Shown here one piece after another: positions 20,226-30,721 of a stretch of 47,931 nucleotides of DNA. The DNA is taken from contig JAUCBJ010004995.1 in NCBI GenBank assembly GCA_032718475.1, positions 1 through 47,931 on the forward strand. The letters are read 5' to 3'. The position numbers were made by a program, and so were the translations under genes. Positions within the stretch are counted from its first letter, which is position 1. Every line of letters begins with the position of its first letter. The notes under the pieces are model-generated. The model was not told the DNA's origin. It was given only the letters and a program-made list of their open reading frames with translations, and did not search any database. The DNA comes from Nemertoderma westbladi. Taxonomy: Eukaryota; Animalia; Xenacoelomorpha.

Positions 20226-22209
20226 AATTGATACGGTACCGGTCTGTTCTACTTATCTGCTTATACAAACTAGTACCGGTAGTCTGCTTGGATTTGGAAA
20301 AATTGTTATTTCCTTTATTGGAAAGGTCTGACCTGACAGCCTGACAGCCTGACTGTCTGATCTGACTGAAGGTGGTCTGAAAGTATTTCCGAAAAATACA
20401 GAATCATAAAGCAGTAAAGCCTACTGTAAGACTGTCCAGGTCCGCTAGGAAAGTGAGACATAAGATTAGATAGGCCTAGGTCTACCGGTATTGAGGTAGA
20501 GCAGAATGTGATTTTCTTGCATTATTGCACTCCCTCAAAATTTATTGTCTGAAGTTTTGTTGCATAATCCGACAAGCTGACAGTGCTGCACTGTGACAAT
20601 TTGAATGAATGGCAGAAGGGTGTTCAAGTGGGAATTCTAATTCCGTAGTTCAGTTACATTGCATAGGCCTATGACTGTATGAATTAAAATGTTGAATACG
20701 TCGCACATCCTGACATCGGTAGATTATCGGAAAGGCACATGTTTGATTTGATTGATTTTCTTTTCAAAATTAACATTAAAAAACAAATTATACACATGAT
20801 TCAACACGGTACCGGTACCGGTAATAAAGTTTAAAATATGTAGGGCCTACTGACTGCTGGACTGGACTGACTGATGTAAGTTACCGGTAATGATAAGTCC
20901 CTCATGAACCAAAAATTCCCAGTGATACAAACAGCCTATACTACAGATATAGGCCTAGCCTATTGGAGACAAGACAACAGACAATAGGCCTACATAACGC
21001 AGTAACGATAACAGCATAAATAACTACTAGGCCTATCCCTACTGCCTACAGCCCTATATATATAAATATAATATAAATAACTAATTTACATTAGCTGTAA
21101 ATATGATCCTGGTGGTGTCGCAGTGGGATAAAGTTAAATTAAATTAAATAAGCATAGTCTGATAGTACAGTACTACAGTCTGACAGTACCGTACACCGTA
21201 CTAAAAAAATTATAAAAAAGTTTAAATACTGAAATACTGCACAGACAGAGTGACAGAGTACAGGAGTACGCCCCTAACTAAAATACTGCAGTACCTACTG
21301 TAATGACAATAAACAGATAAAGTAAAGTACTGAAGTAAGCTACTACCTTCTGACCACTATCAGACTATGCTGCTATCTGGCTATGTTTTACAGTTAATTA
21401 AACAGTTACCGGTTGCCGGTCGGCCGGTGTAACAGAGAATTTTCACTCCCCATGCAAAATCCCCCCCCCCCCCCCCGGTTAAAATTCCCTACCGGTAGTG
21501 TATTCTCTCCCCCAGGGTGTATTTTCCCCTAGTGTATTTTAACCTGCAGACCTGTTAACCCCCTCCACCCTCCAGTGAAAACTCACCCCTGCCACCTGCC
21601 TGCCAGCCTGCATATCAATTTCCACTCTGTTAAACTCTCTTAAATTTCCCTAGCAGCCTAGTGTATTCTCACCCCAGTGTATTTTTTTTGTATCTTCTAC
21701 TCTACTGGCAGACAGTACTTTACTGTAGGCCTATACAAATCTCCAGCATTAGGGTTGGTGCACGAAAATTTGTTGGGCTAGAAACAATTGAATACCGGTA
21801 CAGGAATAAGGGTTAAAAAGGTGCAATGAATTGTGAATTGAGTGGCGGGTTGTGTTTTTTGTAAAAAACACGGGTTTTGCGGGTTTAAGTAAGCGTGGGT
21901 GGCCAATTTTGAAAATCGGCTGTGATTGGCTGCTACATATTTGACGTCATTATGTAGTGATCTGATAATTTTGATCTTGGTTTCTATGGAGAGAGATTTT
22001 CGATCGATTCAAACACACAATAAATCTCAATCATTTCACATTCACATGGCTTTATGGCTTAAAGGCCTATCAATTTAAAGCGGAGAGTCTTGCGCGTCTT
22101 TTGACACTACAATTAACTAAAGTTGTGATGAGGAATTTTTTTTGTAATTGTAATTGTAAAAAAAAAACTCACCATATAACTGCACATTATTAAAACTTAT
22201 ACAGTTCTG

Positions 22210-23626
22210 GTAATGATCCTAAATTCGTCAACACCGGGGTCAAATTTTTTTTAAGAGCTAAAAAATATCCGAGTTTATTTTTGTAGCAACACATTGTTAT
22301 ATTTTATGGATTCAATAGTGATTAGTCGAGTATTGGTACCGTTTTTGAAAAATTCCACTCTAAAGATAAGAATGGCAAGAAATTTTCGTGACGGGACGGA
22401 ATCATATTTTCTGGAAAAACTCAGTCTTGGAGATAATAATTTTAATTCAATGTTATGTTACTTTAGTACACTAGTAAGTTGTCCACTGTGGTGTATATAC
22501 TGTTTGATACAATGCCATTGTAGATTGTTGTAAATTAAGAAACAAAGTGTCATTTTCCGTCCCGTCACTATTTGGTTGACTATTATTAATGCTACAGTAC
22601 ATTTCTATGAAAGACTTAATTTATATGAAACTGTACTATGGCGTCTCAAAAGGATCAAAATCATACAATTACTGCAGTACTTTGAAATATTATAATAGTG
22701 AATGTAAATAATTAAATCACTCATGAAAATATTTAAATCACTTATGAAATATTTAAAAGATGTCCAAATGTTATTGCGGCAATAAATAATTATTGCGGCA
22801 ATAAATAATTATTGCGGCAATAAATAATTATAGCGGCAATAAATAATTTCCAATTTAATTAAATTAAATTTTCAATTAAATAAGTTCCAATTTCCCAAAA
22901 AATGGTTTCAGATTCGGTTCTAGTTTCAGTTTGAATGAGGATGTTTATTTAGGTTTCAGTTCCCAAAAAAATAGTTTCAGTTCACAGCACTTGGTGGATG
23001 CTATAGTGTAGTGGTGAGGGTGTTATATAAGGTATTGGCAACTTGATTGGCTTTTAATTTAGCACCACGTCAATAAAAGCAGCTGAATTATCTAAGGTAA
23101 TAAATTGCTAACCTAAATAAATAATTAAATTTTCAAATAAACATCAAAACTACAAAATAAAAATAATATTGATGGCCTTTCATTACCTTGTCATTTTCTC
23201 CGTCCCGTCACAACCCGTCCCGTCACGCGATGAAGTGTTTTCTAAATGACCATATTTTTTAAAATACTGTATGATTGGAAATTTGGATCATTTTTACTTT
23301 TTGGATAAAGTACAGTATATGACTATTATTCAAATTAGAAAGGGACAGAAAGGTTAGAGTCAGTCAATTCACAAGAATATTGAATTAAACTTTATGACAA
23401 ATTATTACTCATGTTTTGTGATTCCGTCCCGTCACATTTTTGTTTTTCACTTTAGACAACATAACAATCAACTTTAGAATTTTATATTGGTCATTATAAC
23501 TAGGCATCAATGGGTGCTAGTAATATATGACATAATAATATTATTCCATATCACTAGACAGATACTGTGGGGTATAATGTTTCTGAATTTCCGTCCCGTC
23601 ACAAAACACGGATTTAGGATCATTAC
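22210..23626. mobile_element. Non-autonomous TIR element (~1.4 kb) with dispersed 12-bp subterminal motifs
   Basis: TIRs GTAATGATCCTAAATTCGT (22210) and ACGGATTTAGGATCATTAC (23608-23626), 18/19 match. CCGTCCCGTCAC occurs at 22557, 23200, 23215, 23424 and 23591, and inverted at 22388. Confidence 0.7.
22771..22848. repeat. 19-bp tandem repeat x4 with palindromic core TTATTGC-G-GCAATAA
   Basis: TTATTGCGGCAATAAATAA is repeated four times. Confidence 0.9.
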
Positions 23627-24424
23627 GTACTGCTGTATAAACAGCACTGGTAATTAAAGTAAAACAACTTGCACATATTGAGATAGTTATGTTATGGAGG
23701 GAGAAAATAAACCAGGCAACAAATTGCACTTACAAATAAAAATAAAATATTTAAAAAATGTGTGTACAGGTACACCAACTGCGAGGCAGGATTTGGGGGC
23801 GGGCTGGCGGGGGTTGGGGGGGGGGGGGGGGGGGGGGGGATCTTGTTGCAAATTGAAACAAAGTCTAAATAATGTGGCACAAATTACTGAAATAAATATT
23901 TTTGATACGTAGATTAAAAATATCAAAGTTAGACGGTAGACTTAGATGGTAGACCTTTCCAAACGGCTACAACTGTACAACGCGGCTGGAAATCTAATTT
24001 CTAGAGGGTTGCAGTTCCTAGAAAGATATTATATTAGTAAGTGTAACTGTGATAATTTCCATCTTGCAAATAAACGTCTATTAAAGTAATGTTTTACACG
24101 CTCGATCAAATTTATATTAAATATCTGGTGCGGGCGGAGACCAGACAAGAGACAACAGTACAATACTCTAATAAAGGACGAACATACACTTTATCTGCTT
24201 TATATGCAGTAAGTACTGAAGTCAAGCACGTACATTAGATGTATAAAACAGTAAAAACAACGAAATATAATATTGTACACTTTACTGTATGTATATGCCT
24301 TAGCTACTGTTGACTATAGTATTTGATGGATCGTAGATCTTTATTCATTATCAGACCAAGGTCGCAAGGTCCTTACAACTGTCTTTGTATTTAGAATGGC
24401 ACCCTTAAGGGAGTAATTATAAGG

Positions 24425-24637
24425 AGTTCTAGTGCCAACATGAATAACATGACATTGCTCTCAGCGACATTCAGTTGCCATGTATCACAATCACACCAGT
24501 GGCTCAAACAGTCCAATGCTGTTTGCATGTGGACTGAATTAACTGCTACTGTATATTTTGAGATCATCAGCAACTAACTTGTAATCTACATTGGTCAATA
24601 CTAAAGGAAGGTCGTTTACAAAAATTAGAAACGAAAT
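24425..24637 (-). pseudogene. CR1-type LINE reverse transcriptase fragment (C-terminal piece)
   Basis: The minus strand reads FLIFVNDLPLVLTNVDYKLVADDLKIY ... MQTALDCLSHWCD..WQLNV, with frameshifts. Confidence 0.8.
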
Positions 24638-25516
24638 TATATATAATTTTTATGCCTCTTTATTTTACTTTTCTTGCCTCTTTATTTTTTTATTATTTAA
24701 TTCCTGTATTTTTGTTGCTTATCTGCCTCATTTTTTACACCTTACTGCCTTACTACCTACCGGTATTAATAAGCCTACTGCCTGCCTCTAGACCAGACCA
24801 CATTCATGCATACTGGCGTTACTTTAAGGACTAAAGTGTTTCATGGCCTCCACCTGCAGTAGACTTACAGTACTGCAGCAACATTGTAACAGTACAGTAC
24901 AGTGTACTACAGTACCGGTACTGCTGTACTGTACTGGTACCAGAAGCAGAGGCCCCTCCTTGTCAGCGCTGCTTGAACTATCATTATTGCTTGAAAGCCT
25001 CATATTGTTGGTTATACAGTAGTATAGGCCCATAGCTAGAGAGTGACTACTGACTGTCTGACCATATGGTTTCCCTCATCAATTGGTAAAGTGATCATTT
25101 ATTGTTTTGGTTAAAAAAAAGCTCGCCTCTATAACCAGCTCCTTTCCCTCAATTGGTTTATGACGTAGTACAGTACTATTTATGAATTTTTTTTTAAATA
25201 TTTCATAAAATAAGCTGTTAGGGCCTATATATAAAAGTGTTTCATATAACAGTCCCCAAAGTTATTATACCCAAAAAAATTATATTAGTATTTTATTTAG
25301 TACTTTATTTTACGTATGTTTCTAATTTGTGATAATATTAGAATTGATACGTGATTGTGATCAGTTTTTCTAGGCAAAAAATTAATTAAAGAGGCAAAAA
25401 AGTAATTAAAGAGGCAAAAAAGCAATTAAAAAATGTTACTTTAAAAAAAGGGGCAGAAAGAATAATAAAAAGAGGCAAAAAAGTAAAAAAAAAAAGAGGC
25501 ACGAAAAATAACTGCC
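24638..25516. mobile_element. Mutator-like MITE with 9-bp TSD inserted in the CR1 RT
   Basis: TSD AAACGAAAT (24629-24637) / AAACAAAAT (25517-25525). The right end is ...GAGGCACGAAAAATAACTGCC. Tandem AAAGAGGCAAAAAAG units on the right are inverted to TTTTATGCCTCTTTA units on the left. Removing it rejoins GPILF|LIFVNDLP. Confidence 0.75.
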
Positions 25517-25840
25517 AAACAAAATGGGCCCCAAGACACTATACCCTGTGTTGAAATGACGTCAACATAATTACAGTAGATAATTTATTACCAACTACAG
25601 TAAGGTACGTTGTTTACGGTTTGTTAAAAAGCTTTTATCCACATAAGAAGATTACCGGTGATCCCGTATGCTGCCAATTTTTGCAGTAGCTTCGAATATA
25701 CTACTTTGTCGAACGCTTTTTCAAAGTCGATATAAATTATATCGACGTTGTGTTTGTTATCCAAAAGTTTGAACCAATCATTTGTGCACTCCAGCAAATT
25801 GAGTTGCTGTAGAAAATTAAGAAATACGTGTTGACTCCTA
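25517..25840 (-). pseudogene. CR1-type LINE reverse transcriptase fragment (N-terminal piece)
   Basis: The minus strand reads LNLLECTNDWFKLLDNKHNVDIIYIDFEKAFDKVVYSKLLQKLAAYGITGNLLMWIKAFLTNRKQR ... QG/SVLGPILF. Confidence 0.85.
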
Positions 25841-26333
25841 GAAATTAGACAGTTCGAAAGAAGGTACAGTACTACAGTATAATGAATTTGATAAACTGTC
25901 CCAGGTTGCTAGGCAGCCTGGGTAAATAATAACTTAGTTTCGAGGGTGCAAGGCCATGGCTTATGTAACATTAACTTTTATTAAACTAATCCCACACAAA
26001 TAATGATATTAAATGATATAATAATGCATGCACAACACTTTTTATTTATTATTTATGAACTGATAGAAACAAGCTATTATTATTAATAATATAGTATTTA
26101 ATTACTTGTGAATTTAAAATAATTGTATGTACAGTATGTATGTATGGTTGCCACAAAACACTTATTGTTAACTCTTATTAAATTTGTATTTGTTATTCAA
26201 AAAAACAATGTTTGTTCTATTAATGACTTAGAAATATGGATATTGCATCTGCATGAGAAAATTAATTGTAAGGAAATTAAAAAGCTACGATTAAAGTTTC
26301 CACCGGAACGCCATTGCCCTAACTCCAAATGAT

Positions 26334-26467
26334 TTATATTGGTTGACACATGACGTCATTATAGTCGCTCCTGGAAGTAGAAGATGATTGGCTCCTACTT
26401 GAGTCCTGTTGCCGGACCCACATTTCATAATAAATTCCCCCTAGTGCGATTAAATCGTCATGGCTAC
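26334..26467 (-). CDS. ABCB6: ABCB6/HMT-1-like transporter, terminal coding exon
   Basis: ttgtttttttag|GTAG|CCAT acceptor region. Reads (G)SHDDLIALGGIYYEMWVRQQ...CQPI*, matching the ABCB 'HxxLL..GG.Y..MW..Q' C-terminus. Exon start is 26467 or 26463. Confidence 0.85.
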
Positions 26468-26521
26468 CTAAAAAAAACAATATCCTGCGAATTAGATTTC
26501 CCCTTGTCTCACAACAATCAT

Positions 26522-26623
26522 TAGGTTATGGGGAAGAAAATTCCCGGTTAACCGCAATTTTATTCCCTTTACTAGGTTATGGGGAAGAAAATTCCCGGAG
26601 AACCGCAATTTTATTCCCATTAC
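26522..26623. repeat. 51-bp tandem duplication in intron
   Basis: TAGGTTATGGGGAAGAAAATTCCCGG..AACCGCAATTTTATTCCC at 26522 and 26573. Confidence 0.85.
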
Positions 26624-26829
26624 CCAATGATGGTTATGAGACAAAAGGGGTTTTCAACTTTTCCCATAGGCCAGCATAATACTGTACAGTAGAAGTGTAC
26701 ATTTACACCCAGTAATATAGTACAGTCGTTTGGATGGAAGAGTGTTAGTTAACTAATAAAAATAATTACTTATAAATTAATTTATTAACCAATCCCCCAA
26801 CGCAAATTCTATTATAGATGTTCGACAGA

Positions 26830-26970
26830 CTGAATGTGTACCAAGTTTGGTTTAATTTTATTAATCATTGACTGATTGATTTATTAACCTTCAAACATTT
26901 GGAGACCGACAGACCTACAACCGTTGATGCAGCTTTACCCCTATATTAAGTCGTTCGCTCCACAGACTTT
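26830..26970 (+). mobile_element. Possible Helentron-associated (DINE-1/HINE-like) element 3' remnant
   Basis: TGTGTACCAAGTTTGG motif, GACCGACAGAC microsatellite-like tract and a terminal hairpin AAGTC...GACTT. Confidence 0.35.
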
Positions 26971-27162
26971 CACAGACCGATTCACATTGGATTTCCAGAT
27001 GTTTCCTTCACACTGTATATTAGTTTGTAGAAGAATGACATCTGATATAGTGATAGGCCTACTTAGATTGAAATTTGGATTGATTTTGAATTTGTCAATA
27101 ATAACTTATTAAATTACCATTTTCGTGAGTAATACAAAATAAATCTTTACGTAAGAAAATAC

Positions 27163-27326
27163 GAACCACGTTCAACAATCTCTCCATCTTGTAAAACTAA
27201 TATGTTGTCGGCTGAAACAATAGTAGAGAGTCTATGAGCTACGACTAGACTGGTTCGGTTCGTACAAATCTTCTTGAGACTATCCTGAATATTTTGTTCT
27301 GTTTTAGTGTCTAATGAAGACGTTGC
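27163..27326 (-). CDS. ABCB6: ABCB6/HMT-1-like transporter, penultimate exon (D-loop, H-loop)
   Basis: cag|[54 protein letters not shown], a phase-0 continuation of ...LLDE. Donor after 27167 (GTTCGT) or 27163 (GTATTT). Confidence 0.93.
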
Positions 27327-27485
27327 CTGAAATGGTAAAAGATAAATCGCAACTTATTACCGGTACCTTAACTCGTTATTATCGTATTCGCATAATAGCC
27401 TCTTTTAAGCATTTTTCAAAAAAGAAAAAATTTCTCACTGGACGGCACAGAAGCTAAATGCATAGCAAAAATATGTAAATTCACA

Positions 27486-27840
27486 TAGAGCTAAATGTCT
27501 AATAGTATTAGCACTTAGTACTAATAGAGCTAAATGTCTAATAGTATTAGCACTTAGTACTAATATAGCTAAATGTCTAATGGTAATAGCACTTAGTACT
27601 AGAGCTAAATGTTTAATGGTATTAGCACTTAGTACTAATAGAGCTAAATGTTTAATGGTATTAGCACTTAGTACTAATAGAGCTAAATGTCTAATGGTAT
27701 TAGCACTTAGTACTAATAGAGCTAAATGTTTAATGGTATTAGCACTTAGTACTAATAGAGCTAAATGTCTAATGGTATTAGCACTTAGTACTAATAGAGC
27801 TAAATGTCTAATGGTAATAGCACTTAGTACTAATAGAGCT
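27486..27840. repeat. 39-bp minisatellite (~9 copies)
   Basis: Unit AGAGCTAAATGTCTAATGGTATTAGCACTTAGTACTAAT. Confidence 0.95.
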
Positions 27841-27939
27841 TATTTTTACAGCTCTGATCTGATTTTCTCGGTCCGGTTATAAGTTAGGGTTAGATCATTG
27901 GGTGTATCAATGGATGAGAAACAAAGCTTAGGACATAGC

Positions 27940-30250
27940 GTTTAAAACTAATTGAGAAACAAAGGTTAGTGTTTAACAGTTAAACCAACTGAGTAACAAA
28001 GGTTAGTGCAAAACGGTTAAACCAACTGAGAAACAAAGATCAGTGCATAACGGTTAAACTAAGTGAGGAACAAAGGTTGCATAACGGTTAAACTAGCTGA
28101 GGAACAAAGGTTAGTGCATAACGGTTAAACCAACTGAGGAACAAAGGTTTAAGTGCAAAACGGCAAAACAACTGAGGAACAAAGGTTAGTGCATAATGGT
28201 TAAACTAACTGAGGAACAAAGGTTAGTGCATAACGATTAAACTAGCTGAGGACCAAAGGTTAGAGCCTAACGGATAAACTAACTAAGGAACAAAGGTTAG
28301 TGCATAACGGTTAAACTAACTGAGGAACAAAGGTTAGTGCAAAACGGTTAAACCAACTGAGAAACAAAGATCAGTGCATAACGGTTAAACTAAGTGAGGA
28401 ACAAAGGTTGCATAACGGTTAAACTAGCTGAGGAACAAAGGTTAGTGCATAACGGTTAAACCAACTGAGGAACAAAGGTTTAAGTGCAAAACGGCAAAAC
28501 AACTGAGGAACAAAGGTTAGTGCATAATGGTTAAACTAACTGAGGAACAAAGGTTAGTGCATAACGGATAAACTAACTAAGGAACAAAGGTTAGTGCATA
28601 ACGGTTCAACTAACTGATGAACAAAGGTTAGTGCATAACGGTTAAACTAACCGAGGAACAAAGGTTAGTGCATAACGGTTAAACTAACTGAGGAACAAAG
28701 GTTGCATAACGGTTAAACTAGCTGAGGAACAAAGGTTAGTGCAAAACGGTTAAACCAACTGAGGGACAAAGGTTAGTGCATAACGGTTAAACTAACTGAG
28801 GAACAAAGGTTAGTGCATAACGGTTAAACTAGCTGAGGACCAAAGGTTAGTGCATAACGGTTAAACTGTGGAACAAAGGTTAGTGCAAAACGGTTGAACT
28901 AACTGAGGCACAAAGGTTAGTGCATAACGGATAAACTAACTGATGAACAAAGGTTAGTGCATAACGGTTAAACTAAGTGAGGAACAAAGGTTAGTGCATA
29001 ACGGTTAAACTAGCTGAGGAACAAAGGTTAGTGCATAACGGTCAAACCAAATAGGGAACAAAGGTTAGTGCAAAACGGTTAAACTAGCTGAGGACCAAAG
29101 GTTAGTGCATAACGGTTAAACTGTGGAACAAAGGTTAGTGCAAAACGGTTGAACTAACTGAGGCACAAAGGTTAGTGCATAACGGATAAACTAACTGATG
29201 AACAAAGGTTAGTGCATAACGGTTAAACTAAGTGAGGAACAAAGGTTAGTGCATAACGGTTAAACTAGCTGAGGAACAAAGGTTAGTGCATAACGGTCAA
29301 ACCAAATAGGGAACAAAGGTTAGTGCAAAACGGTTAAACTAGCTGAGGACCAAAGGTTAGTGCATAACGGTTAAACTGTGGAACAAAGGTTAGTGCAAAA
29401 CGGTTGAACTAACTGAGGAACAAAGGTTAGTGTATAACGGTTAAACCAACTGAGAAACAAAGATTAGTGCATAACGGTTAAACTAACCGAGGAACAAAGA
29501 TTAGTGCATAACAGTTAAACTAACTGAGGAACACAGGTTAGAGCATAACGGTTAAACTAGATGAGAAACAAATGTTAGTGCATAACGGTTAAACTAGCTG
29601 AGGAACAAAGGTTAGTGCATAACGGTTAAACCAACTAGGGAACAAAGGTTAGTGCAAAACGGTTAAACTAACTGAGGAACAAAGGTTAGTGCATATCGGT
29701 TAAACTAAGTGAGGAACAAAGGTTAGTGCATAACGGTTAAACTAGCTGAGGAACAAAGGTTCATGCATAACGGTTAAACCAACTGAGGAACAAAGGTTAG
29801 TGCAAAACGGTTAAACTAACTGAGGAACAAAGGTTAGTGCATAACGGTTAAACTAACTGAGGAACAAAGGTTAGTGCATAACGGTTAAACTAACTGAGGA
29901 ACAAAGTTTAGTGCATATCGGTTAAACTAAGTGAGAAACAACGATTATCGCATAACGGTTAAACTAACTGAGGAACAAAGGTAGGTGCATAACGGTTAAA
30001 ATAGCTGAGGAACAAAGGATAGTGAATAACGGTTAAACCAACTGGGGAACAAAGGTTAATGCAAAATGGTTAAATTAGCTGAGGAACAACGGTTAGTGCA
30101 TAACGGTTAAACTAACTGAGGAACAAAGGTTAGTGCATAGCGGTTAAACTAACTGAGGAACAAAGGTTAGGATAAGGACATAACGGTTACACTAACTGAG
30201 AAACAAAACATTTAGGACAACGGTAAACTAACTGAGAAACGAAGGTTAGG
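27940..30250. repeat. 37-bp minisatellite (~60 copies) with higher-order structure
   Basis: Unit AACTGAGGAACAAAGGTTAGTGCATAACGGTTAAACT. Variant units recur at 255-bp and 331-bp spacing. Confidence 0.95.
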
Positions 30251-30721
30251 ACATAGAAACTGCTTTCCTTTAGTTTCAGAAAATTCGGAATATTGCTTCT
30301 GTTTTAATATATAAAATGTTTTGAATTATCAAAAAAGTTTTTATCAGTATATATAGCTTTATTAAATTCCCGTTTGTTAAATAATATAGTGACAAAAAGT
30401 ACTTCTTTCAGATACTTTATTACTTGCCTATAAAAACATTTATTGCTGTATGTTGGGGAGGTGATAAATTTTATTTTATTTTAATTTTCCGATGGGTTAA
30501 TTTTAGACAGTGTGACGGGATCCTGTGTTGGCCTCGCTCGGGATCCCGACTGTTCGACTTTGTGGTGTGTTCCTACGCGCTGCCTGGCTGAGCCTGAATA
30601 CTAGCTGGCCGTAGGCCGGTGAAATAATAGAGTTTGCTTAATAGCGTTGCTATTAATCAGCTAAAGTATACAGTGAGTGTACCGGTAGTTATTGCAGTAG
30701 TACTAGTACGTGGCCAGCAGC

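Noticed and set aside
21830-22100. TTAA-flanked Kolobok/piggyBac-like ends with CCAAT and CRE motifs
   Set aside because: The inverted repeats are too loose to define boundaries.
30510-30620. GC-rich block starting TGTGACGGGATCC with a CGGGATCC/GGATCCCG stem (LTR start or ncRNA?)
   Set aside because: No matching end, TSD or recognisable RNA fold family.
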